A stretch of DNA of 54,971 nt, counting the filler, from Basidioascus undulatus (taxonomy: Eukaryota), in NCBI GenBank assembly GCA_000826855.1. It is 4 parts of 4 records of this genome, joined end to end, with 100 filler letters (N's around TTAATTAATTAA, not from the genome) between each part and the next. Parts side by side here need not be neighbours in the genome. Positions count along the whole stretch, not along the records: positions 13,804 to 27,498 come from JTLS01000795.1; positions 27,599 to 41,236 come from JTLS01000796.1; 2 more parts are not named here. The stretch is one strand, 5' to 3'. Of this stretch, positions 20,059 to 31,840 are shown in pieces. Numbering within the stretch: position 1 is the first letter of the stretch; the number at the start of each line of letters is the position of its first letter. The translations under genes and the position numbers were made by a program. Below the pieces are notes generated by a model. The model saw nothing but the letters and a program-made list of their open reading frames with translations. It was not told the DNA's origin and made no database searches.

Positions 20059-22918
20059 TGTAAAATGGGGGTGAATGGAGGTGGAACTGAAATATCGGAG
20101 GCGGGAGTTGCCACAGTGTCCACGGGGGAGGTGATGGAGAAAGGGCAACCTCACCGGCCGGGCGATTCCGCCTGCGGTGCGGTCATACCCGAGTGCGCCT
20201 TACGAACGTACAGAAATTCGACAGCGTATGAAACTTTCCTAAAACTTAGAGAACGGTCATGCAACAGTACGATGGGGATCGTGAACTCACATCAATATGA
20301 TATGCCCAACAGTACTCACGCCCGAGTGCCCGACGTCGTGTTCACCCACCCCATCCCCCCAGGCTATCCCGAACAGCTTTCCACCCCCGAAATCCCACTC
20401 AGCCGAACCTTGCCGAGCGTCCTAGAGCGTTGCGTGTCTACCGCAGATCAATGCGGGTCAGGTTGCGCCACCGTGTGTGTCTGCTGCGAGAGATCGCGTA
20501 CCGCACTTGTTCGCGTCGTAATGGCATGCTTCGGGTCTTGATGAGCCGGCGGCCTGTTGGGGCGGGCGGTACGAGAATGTTCCCCTGCCCTTGGAAAATG
20601 TACAATGTCAGCGCAAGATTGTAAGACGGCCGGACCACCAGATTGACTATGCACGCCGTCACAGCTCGCATCTCATACGGCGGGCTCTAGGCCTAACCCC
20701 TCCGGCCACCCGGTCCAGTGGGGTTAAAAAGTCAAAGCACACTGGTAACCGAGAGCTTAAACAGGGATTCTCTGCGTGTTGGTATGTAAGCAACGGTGGT
20801 ACGGCTCTTGAAGCGCTGAAAAAGAAGGCGAACGCTGGAGCACAGACTTAGCCTCGGGTAAGTGCAATCGTTGGTGATCGTCCGCAAGAGGGATGCAAGG
20901 AAGGAGGGGTGTTGGGTGGAAGGGGACCATGGGAAGCTAAGACGACAGAATAGTGGTGGAGTGGAAGTCGAGCGGGAAGACGAGTGGCGGCGTGAGGGAG
21001 GACAATTCAAGCGGCAGGGGTTTTATGGCCCGCAATCCGCATGTCTGAGGGGAATTTGAATACTTGCCCAAATAATATGTGAGTTTGAATCAGCTTAGCG
21101 TTGTTGTGTGCTTCATGCTTCGTCGCTGCCCTTACCCATCCGCTTCCGGAAGGTGCGGCGCGCCCTATATCGTCGAATTCGCCCCGCTGCTACTTCGTCG
21201 ACCTGTACCACATTTACAGAAATGACCCATTCAATGAATCCGAGGGAAAACATCTAAGAATCGCCATGTGCTATGCTTGCTTTTAATTATCAGCGTTGCG
21301 TCGAGGACGCAACTTCCGACTAGTCTCGTGTACTGCTTTTCCTCCTCCATTCCTGGAGAATATGGATTCAAACAATGTTTGAATGAGCATGGATGTACCG
21401 AAATTCTGAAGGCATCGGGACTTGATGAAGCCTACGGCGGTCCTTCTATGCACATCGTTGAATGCTGCCCGTCACACACCACGTTAGCTTGCTTCTGCAA
21501 AAGCAAGCAGAAGTGTACAGACAGCGTTCCTTTCATTCTTCTCCAGGTTAGAGCTTCAAGCACATCCGCTCTGCCTTGTGGTCCTCAGATACCGTCTGTT
21601 CTCCAGGGTGCCATTTAAAGACTGATCCCCATAGTGCCTCCGATGCGTCCAGAGGAAGACGCTGTTCCCAAGTCTCTGTCGTTGTCTTCACACAAACTGT
21701 CACAAATCTATTCCGATGCAACATCTTAGAGCTGTGTTGTTCACACCTTCCCCCGTTCTTACACCCCAATCTTCGATCCTAGTGACTGACCAATGCGCAG
21801 GTCGTAGCTACGTCCTCCTGCTTATCAGCCCTCGAAACGAGCGATATATTCTATTTTATGGGAGAGCCCATCTTTGGCACAGCGTACATTCCCAAATAAT
21901 ATAGCCTACAATGCATGCTTAAGGGAGGAGTGCCTCAGGGCAAGTTGTCAGTAAGATGTGCGGAGGGCCCAATTCACATTTGCGTCTCCCCTCTGAGAGA
22001 CATCCGTCAATGTCGAGAAACGGCGCTACGATCACACGGACTTCCCCATCCCGCATGCTCTGAAAAGAGGCCTGGGGGGATAAAGGACGCAAAGGTGAAA
22101 AGCCATCTGCAGGCAGTAGTGCAGTGCTACAAACCAGTACCATCTGAGGACATGTTGTGCTTTTCACTCACAACAGGAGAAATAAGAACAGCCGATAGCT
22201 TGTACGCACCATGCATTACTTAGGACTTTAGGGCTTCAATCCTAATACGTATACAGCAACAGTGTGTATGCGGCGCTTCTCGCCAACTTCACCACGAAGC
22301 GAAGCACCCTCCTCGCCCACTGCGTCCTTTTCTCCCAGCTCGAACACCTCTCTCCCGCTTCATCCACCCTTGCTTCACCTGCTCGACCTCACTAAAGGAT
22401 GTAGCATTGTGCTCCAATTCCCCTCACTCTTCGGAAGCACGCATGGCAGCGTGCCTGAGCTTCCCTCTCTCCACCGCGACTCCTCGCTCAGGTTGCCCTT
22501 AAAGACTCGGAACTACCTATTCTCTTCCAGCCCACCCTCACCTTTCGCACCAAAACGCCATTCACAGCAAAAGCAGCAGCCAGCCAGACGTTCACGCAGG
22601 CCACCTACCGCTCGACATCGCTCACAATGCGCCTACCAACTCGCTAATGGCCAACCAACCAAGCGGATAACAAAATGAACAGCAACAAAATCAGGTCTGA
22701 GTGAATATATCATCTGCGCCAAACAATCAAGCGAACGATAAAAAGAATATCATTGTGAACATATCATGCAAAGCGTGTGGTGTGGTTCAATCATGGTGTC
22801 GGTCGTGTGTCGGAACGAGTGTGCTTGGGGAATTGAAATAGGAGCGCAGGATCGGGTGCGGATAGGAGGAGGTAAGGCGGGAGGGGAGAGGGGAAGTGGG
22901 AGGGGGAGGGGGAGGCGG

Positions 22919-24937
22919 CTATTGGGGCACCTCAGCGAGGCGGACGACGAGGACGGAGAGGTTGTCGGTGGAGAAGCTGTTGAGCGCGTGGTCGAGGAGC
23001 TTGCGCGACGCTTCTTGCGGGTCGGCGATCCGCCGGACGAGGTCGACCGCTTGCTGGTCCTCGGCTACGTCCCAGAGCTGCGGGGGAGGGAAGGGAGGGC
23101 TGGTCAGCGTCCGGACGTCGGAGAAGAAGAGAAAAGGAAGAGGCGGAATGGAAAGAGTAGGGGATGCAAGATAGGAGACGACGAGGGAGGAGATGAAGAG
23201 ACGGAGGGGAGGTGGGGAAGATGGAGATCGGGGTAGGTGGGAAGAGGAAGGAGGGGGATGAACAGACGCACCCCATCGCAAGCAATGATCAAAAACTCGT
23301 CCTCCGGCGCGAGCCTAGTCTCCGTAGTAAACGGCGAGCTAACCACAAATTGCTGTTTCCGCGCCCACCAACCCCACCCACAGCACCCGCATGTCAGCAT
23401 CCATCCGCCCGTGCCACACTCGGCACTCCAGAAAGACGAAAGGAAGAAGGGAAGAAAGGAAGAAACGGACCTTCATCGACGCGTCGCCCAGAGCGCGCGT
23501 GACAGCGAGCACGCCGTTCACGCGCCCGTTGAGGACGTACCCGCCTGCGTCGGTGATGCGCTTGGCCTCTTGGGCGTCGGAGCCTTTGTGGTCTGCGTCC
23601 GCCCCTCCCCAAATCAGCATCAGCATCTCCCCCCTCCTTCTCCTTGTGTTTCCGCGGTCAGGAACAGAGACGTACCGTACGTCAGGCGCACGGCCTGACC
23701 GCCACGACTGTGGGAGAGAGCGCGTGAGTATGCGGGAGGATGGAGAAGATGGGGGAGTAGGAGAGGACGTACCAGAGCACCACGCGCGCGTCGCCCACGT
23801 TCGCGGTATACAGCACCCTTCTGAGCCCTTCCACCTCCGGCACCTTCTCTTCGTTCATTTCCGCCAGCCCTTCCTGCTGCGCTTCCTCTCCCTCCTGCTT
23901 CTTCTCCGCCTCCCCCACCGCCTCCGCCTCCGCCTCCGCCCCTGCCCCCGTAAAGCGCTTAACAAACTCCTTGACCCTCTCGCGCGCGCCCCCGGGGCTC
24001 AGGCTCTTCTCCGTCGCAACGCCACCAACTTGCACCTGCGCCTCGGACGCGGCGGGGGTCTCGGAGAGCGGGACGCCCTGCCCGTGCGCGTCCTCCACGC
24101 GCAGGAAGACGACTGCCGCCGTGCACCCCGACTGCGTCGAGTGCGTCCCGTCCTGCTCGGCGAGCTGGCCGAACTGCTCGTCTACGACGTGGAAGGTCGC
24201 GTTCAGGGTATCGGCCACGGGCGCGTCGGCCGGGGAAGACTTGAGTTGCTCGAGGAGATACTACCCCCCAAACCCAACTTCATCAGCTCCTTCCCAAATC
24301 CCCCAACCTAAGGAGAGCGAGAGAGGGAGGGAAAAGGAGAGAGGGGAAACGCACCTCGTGGAAGTGATTCCCGCACCACTCGGCAACATGCTTCCCCGCA
24401 TGCCCGTCAAAGACGGCAAAGTACCCCTGCCCGCGCACGCCGCCGTAGTCGTACACGAACGCGTGCGCGTCCTCCATCGTCCGCCGGCACCGCTTGTTGC
24501 GGTCCTCGGACATGCCGACCGCGAAGGCGGAGCCGCGGCGGGCGGGGTGCTGGTTCAGGGCCTGCGCGTGCACCGCATTCCCCGTTCAGCCATCTTCGGT
24601 ACCTACGGCAAAGAAAGAAGAAGAGGAGGAGGACGCGGACGCACGCCGTGGGTATTGGTTCCCTGCGCGACAGAGATGGGCGTCGAGTGCGCATCGGGGG
24701 ACGTGTCTGAGCGCGGGAGGGTCGGATGCGCGCGGTGCGAGACAGGCTTATTGTCGTCGTTCCCGATATCCAGCTTGAGCTGGCCCTTCCGGTCCTGCAC
24801 CCGCTCCTGCTCCTTCTCCTGCGGCGGTGGGGAGCTGCTTCCCTCCTCCCCGTCAGTCCACCTTCCTTCTCCTCGGCCCTCCTCCCCAGCCTGGAGACGG
24901 ACCTCATGCGCTCTGGCTCAGCCATGGGAGAAGGCAT
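22919..24937 (-). CDS. PTC1: Protein phosphatase 2C, Ptc1-like
   Basis: [100 protein letters not shown] at 24937 inferred. Confidence 0.95.
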
Positions 24938-26709
24938 TCGTCGGATTAGTTTATGTGTAGGTAGGATTTGGTATTGGGAGGAGGAGGAGGAGATCGAGCA
25001 ATGAAAATGAGAAGGCAGTGGGTGTGGGCGGTGCTGGTGCTGATGCTGGTCGTCTGCTCCAGCTCCAGGGCGAGTGAGTGTAGTGGCCGGCCCCAGACTA
25101 GCCAGGTCAACGTACGTAATCACCGTTGCGCTCGTTTCTCACCGAAAGGAAACACGTTTCTTTTCTTTATCTTTGTCATCAACAGCAAACACGGTATAAC
25201 ACAAATTGATATAGGTCGCACATTAACTCAAAAGAGAAGTGTATGAGCTTGTGAGACCGGGTGAAAGGCCGGGTCACCACATGGCGCTCCTGACGACCTC
25301 AATCTGGTCCGGTGCAGTACAAGGCGATGGTCACGCCTCACAAGCAAAGATACACTCTTTAACCCATGCAAAAGCGCAGTCCCTAGCAGGAGGGGGACGA
25401 TATTTGTTAAAGGCCGTGTGTAATCGACGCGGCTGACCGTGACAGTGGGCCTCTCCTGGCCGTTCGGACCAGGGGGGGAAGCAGTCGATACTTGAACTGA
25501 GATGCGTGCGAGTAGTATGGGAAGTTTGAAGAAAGACGCAGTCGATGTGCTTCGGGGAACGATAGTACCAATTCCATGACAAGGATCGATCTGCTCATCC
25601 ACGTCCACACGCAGTGTTTTCGTGTGCACAGTGGCGTCCACTAGGGAAGAAGAGGCTGCATCTAGCGAGCACTACCAGCCTTGTTATGGTTCCTTTATTA
25701 TCTGAAAGTGTAGAACATGCACAACCTATCTACATTTGCGACATCGCGAGGCAGCACTTGCTGTGCATCCACGTCCGCCGGTGTGTGGCGTCGACGCACG
25801 GGGTACTCAGCTTTGCGGATGTTTCAAGTGCAGAGCAAGTCTGGAATGTTATACGATGTGTGTAAACGTCCACATGTGCAACTTTTTTTTTCGTAGGAGG
25901 AGCCGGGACTAGGAATGCAGGTGCATGCCTGAGGCTTTGTAGGATTGTCGAATGCAGTCACGGCCTCATCTTCAAGTCACGGCTTCATCTTTGCCACACC
26001 TCTCCATGAGGAGCGTATTAATTTAATTATATGGAAGTTTTCCCTTCCAAACCTGTACCGAGATCTTCCTGTACGTTCAGCATTCCATCACAGCCGCGCA
26101 CAGCTTTACCGAGGCACCCTCCGGCGTGCGCCAACCTGTACTGCTGAACGTCAGACCTTTGCCCACAACGAGTTCTTCAATTCATATTGAGAGCACATAT
26201 CTTGAGTGCTATCTTTAGACACTCGCTGTACGATAAGATATCGCTGGCTGTCGACAGGTCGGAACGTTTGTGATCCATGACAGTGAACACGCACTTCTCA
26301 GGATGAGGACTGCACACAGGGTTTCTCTCAGGAGCCTACGCGGACGTCTTGCCAAATGCTAAATTGGAGTCCGCAAAGACGACGAGCCAACAGTCGCTGA
26401 TACTCCAGTCGAGTCCCAGACGCAGCGGGCAGCCTACAGCGTGCCTCGAGGCGTTTCAAAATCGACCGACGACAGTGCCTACGTCGGTCCCACCCTCTCT
26501 TCTCGCATGGCCTCCGTCTCCATCTCCCACTATTATACGAACATTCACTCCATCCTACCCTAGCTTCCCCCTACATCCTTCTTTCGCGCTCTCGACGCTA
26601 TCTAATCCCGTACGCCCCCCACATCCTCCCATCCTCCTATCCTCATCGTTCTCCCCCAACCAATCCCATCCCCAGGCGTTCATTACCCCCTCCCTTCACT
26701 CCATCGGGC

Positions 26710-27498
26710 ATGAAGTCCCTCCTCCGCTCCTTCTCCCTGCGCAGCAGCAGCAAGAAAGACCGCTCCTCGTCCGAGCCCGCGCCCGACCCGGCCTTCGCGG
26801 ACTTTACCTTCCCCCCCGCGCTCGACACCGACCCGTTCGCGCGGCGCCCCGAGACGACGGCGGGGAGGGAGAGCCAGGTTCTGTCGCGGGGGACGTGGGC
26901 GGCGTGGGCGGACGAGGAGCGCTTGGGGTTGGGGGATAAATGTGCTTCTTTCTCCTTTCTCTCTTCCCCTCATGTTGACGGACTGACTCCCCTACGACGA
27001 GCAGATCTTCCAGACCTCCCCCACTCGCCTCCCAGCTCCAGGAATTACTCCCTCCCCACCCTCGGGCTCCCCTCCCTCTCGCCCCTCCTCCTCCCTTCAG
27101 CCCTCGCCCCCCCGTCGCCTCCCCGGCGCGCAACAGAGCCTACCCTCCCGCTCCCCCTGCCGCCACACGTGCTCGACCTCCCCCCCGCCCTGAAGCCGAA
27201 GCACAGCCGCTCCCTCTCCCGGCAGCGTGCGCTCCAGGCCGCCCAGCGCGCCGACCACGTCTCACCCGTCGCGCCGAGCCCGCTAAGGGAGACGTTTGGA
27301 AGCAGCGTCGGGAGCGGGAGTTGGAGCACGAGCAGCAAGGGTAGCGCAGGGAAGTGGGAGGACATGTACCTGCACCCTGTGCGCGAGGCATCGTCCGAGA
27401 GCGGTCGCGCGTCTCGCCTCTCCTGGCACCCTCCCTCCTCCTCGCCCCCGCGCTCCCCGTCTCCCCCTAGCCCTCATTCTCCCATCCCCTCCCATCCC
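26710..27498 (+). CDS. Hypothetical Pro/Ser-rich protein, 3' end in gap
   Basis: ATG 26710 (MKSLLRSFSLRSSSKKDR...) with GC3-rich codons and a probable intron at about 26942-27005. No domain recognised. Confidence 0.55.
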
Positions 27499-27598
27499 NN
27501 NNNNNNNNNNNNNNNNNNNNNNNNNNNNNNNNNNNNNNNNNNTTAATTAATTAANNNNNNNNNNNNNNNNNNNNNNNNNNNNNNNNNNNNNNNNNNNN
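27499..27598. other. Assembly gap with artificial linker
   Basis: N-run + TTAATTAATTAA + N-run. Confidence 0.98.
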
Positions 27599-27689
27599 TT
27601 CACAGCGCTCCAGGGCGTCGAGTACTACGATGCTAACTTTACTATGTCTGACAGTGTCTACGGTTCGACATTCTTCTTCGCCACTGGAT
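27599..27689 (+). pseudogene. cox3: Mitochondrial cox3 fragment (NUMT, or misassembled mtDNA)
   Basis: Translates [30 protein letters not shown], the conserved COX3 segment immediately before FHGxHV. Confidence 0.9.
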
Positions 27690-27720
27690 CGACTGAGAGT
27701 CCAGCTTAAATCGGGTGAAC
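27690..27720 (+). ncRNA. 5' end of a group I intron (P1 helix / internal guide sequence), truncated
   Basis: Exon end CTGGAT (27684-27689) pairs with GTCCAG (27699-27704), with a U.G wobble at the splice site. AAATCGGGTGAAC (27708-27720) resembles a group I core P element. Confidence 0.6.
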
Positions 27721-27939
27721 TGCTTTGTGGTTGATAGCTCGGAATGTCGGCTGAGTGTACGGGCTCAGTTTTCGAAGCGAGCTGAACAGCTGGACGAGCT
27801 CGGCACGAGTCATGTGGTTCACAGGCGCACCGGAACGTTTTTCCAAGCTGAACTCAAGCTTGCCGTTGTATAGACCACGAGCTAGGAGCTTGATCAGCCG
27901 TCGAGTACCGATTCGCAGCAGTCGCCGTGCAGACGACCC
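27721..27939 (-). mobile_element. Possible second mitochondrial homing-endonuclease ORF fragment, inverted relative to cox3
   Basis: Stop-free frame GSSARRLLRIGTRRLIKLLARGLYNGKLEFSLEKRSGAPVNHMTRAELVQLFSSLRKLSPYTQPTFRAINHK resembles C-terminal regions of fungal intronic GIY-YIG ORFs (recalled pattern LYxGxFxFSL...MSxEELxxL). Codons include CTA/GCT/CGT/GGT. Confidence 0.45.
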
Positions 27940-28123
27940 TCGCCTGTGCGACCGAGTCTACACTCAAGCAAGCAACCAGGAGATGCGCAACCTATCACAG
28001 TAAATGGCAGTTGCAGCATATGCACAACAGAAGTAGCATACAGTGGAGCGGGGTATCAAAATGTGTACAGTGAAAGCGAAAGCGAAACACAACCGACTCA
28101 AGCCGACTGCGCAAGAAGCATCC

Positions 28124-31100
28124 CTACTCCTGCCCGCCGCCCATCTCCTCGAGCAAGTCTACCGCGACGACCCTCTTGAGCGGCACGCCCGTCTTTCCCT
28201 CCTCCCCTCCTGCCACCCCCTCACCTCCATTGCCTAGCCACTTCGCGTCCTGCCCCGGGCCCAACCCCGGGCTGGGCAGGGGCGTGCTCGTCCTACTCCC
28301 GCGGCGCCCGAACCCGCCATCATGCGGCCGCGGACTGAGGCTCGTGAACCCTATCGCGCCGGGGTCGGAGCATGGCTGCGGCTGCGGGTGGTGGGAGGGG
28401 ACGTTCATGGGCGCGAGGGGGAGGGGCGGTTGGGGCGGAGGCACGGACGGCGGGGGGAGGATGGGCGGGAGCGGGAAGGCCGACCCGCGCCGGCGCGTGT
28501 GCAGCTCGGCCGTGCTCGACGCTGACGTCGAGTGGGAGTCGTGCGAGTGCTGCGACGTCGGGGAGTGCATGATCGACGGCGGGCAGTCGCGGTCGTGTTC
28601 GGGCGGGTGGATGGGGTGGAGGAAGCGCGGGGGGCCGGCAGGCGTGGGGAGTGCGCTGGTGGGGGGCGGTGGTGCCGGAGGGAGGAGCGAGTTGCGGCTC
28701 TCGCGACTGGCTGGCCTGCTCCGGCTCGTGCCCGTGCTGCCCACGGCGGGCGGGGGCGCGGCCTTCCGGGAGCTCGAGCCCGTCGAATGCGCGCTGCCCA
28801 GACTGCCGATGCTCGGCCGCGGCTCCGACGACCCGCCCGTCGAGTACTGGTACCCCGTGCTCGAGCGTCGGAGGCTGCTCCGGTGGCTCGACCCCGACTC
28901 GTCCACGTGCAGGCCGTCCTCCTCCTCCAGCGCGGGCTGCGGCGGGCGCTGGATGCGGACCGTGCGTTGGTGGTGGTGCGTCGGGGCGAGCGACTCGGCA
29001 GCGGCAAAGTCGTCGAACGCCGACGCGCTCCTGCCGAGGGTGGAGTGTGCGCTCGTGCTGACGCTCCGACGCCGAGGGTAGTCTTCGCTCGGCCTCCGCT
29101 CGTCCACAACCGCCAGCGCCCGCCGCTCGTCCAGCCTCCCACCACCACCACCACCGCCCGCGCGCGTGACTGTCGCGGCCCTCGCTCGCGGGCGCGGCGG
29201 GGGAGGGAGGGACGTCTCGCCCGACGGGCGCGCGAGGAGGGGCGCGACAGGCGCGTGCGTCGACATGCGGCGCTCGAGCCCGTCCCCGAGTTGGAGCTGC
29301 GCGAAGCGCTGGAGCTCAATGAATTTCGGATCGAGAGGCGCGTACGAGCGCGGGACGGCCTCGTTCGAACTTGCCAGGAGCACGGGGCTGCTCACTTCGG
29401 GTTCGCGGGGAGGCGGACTCGTCGGCCGTCCCGAAATACGGAGAAGCTGCATGAGCGAGCCCGTGCGCGTCAGGCCTGTCGCGCCGCCGCTGTGCCCGTG
29501 CCCACTGTCGGACGCCGGCGGCGAGGGCGGCTCGTCCGGCCCGAAGCCGTTTCGCAAGCTCGGCGTTGGGGATTTGAAGAAGCCGCGGAGGGGGCCTGAG
29601 GAGTTGCCGGAGTTCTGGCGCGAGAGCGGCTCGCCGGAATGCAGGGCTGGGGCGGCAGCGACCGCGTCAGGCGAGCCGGGCTCCGAGTGCAGCGGCCCGT
29701 ATGCGTCGGGGGGAGGCGGTTTGGAAAGCTTGTTCGTTCGCGGAGAGGACTGGTTCGGACGGGGAAGAGGAAGGGTTGAGAGGGACAAATCGTCGGGTAT
29801 TGCTGCTTCGGCTTGAGCGGCGACAAGCGCGGCGGCGCCGAGACCCATGCGTTCGGCTCTGCGTTGTGATCACTCGATCAGCGTCAGTCCTGGCAAGAAA
29901 CTGACATCCAACGCACTTAAGCACAACCAACAACTGCATCAGATGGAGACGGCAGATCAGCTATCGGCTCAGTGGCCGCATGTGAGCATAATGAAACTTA
30001 CCCGCTTGATCTCCTTCATCCACGTCTTCAGCTCCTCAACGCCGCTCATCTGCAGCAGCCAGAACTCCTTCCCCGCCTCTCCCCCGTCCGCCGTGCCAGG
30101 CCGTCTCGCCTCAGTCCCCCCGATTCGCAGCACCCATCCGCGCTCCTTGACCTCGTCCGTAAGGCAGACAATCGACTCAGCGACGAGCTCGAGGCGTTCG
30201 ACTTCGAGCGCATTATGCTGCGGGCCCTTGAAGGCGGAGATAAAGCCGCCCGTGCGGGTCGGCGCCAGGACCATGAAGCGCGACTTCCAGGCGCGCTTGG
30301 AGGAGCGCGGGAGCGTGAACCCTGTCGGCGGGTAGAACTTGCACAGCGGGCCGGAGAGGGACTGAAACGGTTGGATGTGATAGCGAGCGGAGGGGAATGC
30401 CGGTGGTGCGCGACGCGGTCGGCGCGGGGACGAGGAGGACGAGGAGGCGGCGGTGGACATGCCGGAGGGATCTCGGGAAATGGACGGGGCGGTAGGCGGG
30501 CGGTGGAGAGAGATGGAGTGCGGCGCCGGGGTAGAGAAGGTGTTTATTGGAAGAGCCGCACGCGGCTTGTGGTCGTCGGCGGAGACGAGAGCGGACGAGG
30601 TGACCGCGCCGCTCAGACTGGTCGTCGTCGTCATCGTCGTGTCGCTTCTCGCGCTCTGCGCGCTGATGCGACGCGCGCTCCGCGCCTCGGCGTCCTCCTC
30701 ATGCTCCAGCATCAGCGGAGGCGTGACGGGCTCCTCGAACTCGGTGATGCCGAGCGACAGCGCGGCCTCGAGCCGCAGCCGTGCCATCTCGGCATCTTCT
30801 GCTTCCGTCACCGCTGCTGAGCGCTGCGGCGGGGACGGCGGGGAGGGGGGTGTTGGAGGAGTGGGGGCGGGGGACGTAACACGTCTCTTGGAGCGTCGGA
30901 AGAGGGAGGAGGCGGAAACGAGGAGGGAGGTGCGCTTGGAGGCGGAGCGCGCGAGAGGGGGGAGGTCCGCGGAGGAGGGAGACGTGGTAGTGATGAGAGT
31001 GGCGGTATTGAATGAAGATGGAGGAGGTGCGAAAGACCGTCCGAGAGATCCGAAGCGTGTGTGGGATTCGGAGGTGGCAAGCGAAGAGTCCGCGGAGGAC

Positions 31101-31840
31101 GAGGATGAGCGCGGGCGGCCGGGTGGTGGAGGATCGTGGAAGGGTGTAGGCCGAGCTCGTGGCGGCCGAGGAGGTGGTTGCGAAGAGCCCCGTCGCAGAG
31201 GCAGGTCCGCTTCCTCCTCGTTTTTCTCCTCCTCCACGACCATCCGGCTGCGCTCGCTGTCCTCCCAATCCGGCTCCTCGTCCCGCAGACTGCCGGTGAC
31301 CCCGCTCGTCGTGCCCGTCCCGCTGGTCCCCTCGCTTCCGGGCAGACTTGGTGTGCGACGGATGCCCATGCCAGGTGCATCGTCGTTGCCGAACGTGCGG
31401 CTGCCGAGGCGCCGCGGGGGAGATGCAATAGGGATTGGAGGGAGGGTTGATGTCGGGGGCGGCTTGGTCGGGGGTGTGCGGAGGGAGGAGCGCCGGGGTA
31501 TCGTCCGCGATGACGACGGACCAAAGATGGATAAGGGCCGCGGGGAAGAATTGGCGCTGGGGGGTGTCGGTGGGCAGGGCGAGGAATTCGAGGGGATTGA
31601 AGTGCGCGAGGAGGGACGGGGAGTGGCCGAGTGTGAAGGCAGCTGTAGCAGCCGGTGTTTCAGCATCAGAAACGGGGATTCGGAAAGCAAGCTGTCAGTG
31701 CCCAGCCCATTCAATGCACTATACAGCGTCCCGGAAAGCTGCAGCCTTTCACCGAGCCGTTGCGCCTCCCCAGCCGAGGTGCAGTAGTCCGCGTCTTGCC
31801 TGGTCCAGCTTCCCGAACTCCGCCCTATGTACCGTGCCAT
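28124..31840 (-). CDS. Large Pro/Ser-rich protein with a PH domain (one gene; 5' end uncertain)
   Basis: The 623-aa and 574-aa ORFs join through two introns and a micro-exon (..WMKEIKR|LLVVLK|AERMGLGA..). PH-like region LSGPLCKF..AWKSRFMVL..GWVLRI..WLLQMSGVEELKTWMKEIK. Confidence 0.8.

Noticed and set aside
21915..21960. GGVPQG as a LINE reverse transcriptase motif
   Set aside because: Only six residues; no YADD or other RT motifs found nearby.
28176..31787. Long plus-strand ORFs (301-444 aa), and similar ones at 12195-13406, 23391-24960, 51101-51976 and 53622-54542
   Set aside because: Antisense shadows of GC-rich real genes, with no domain signal.
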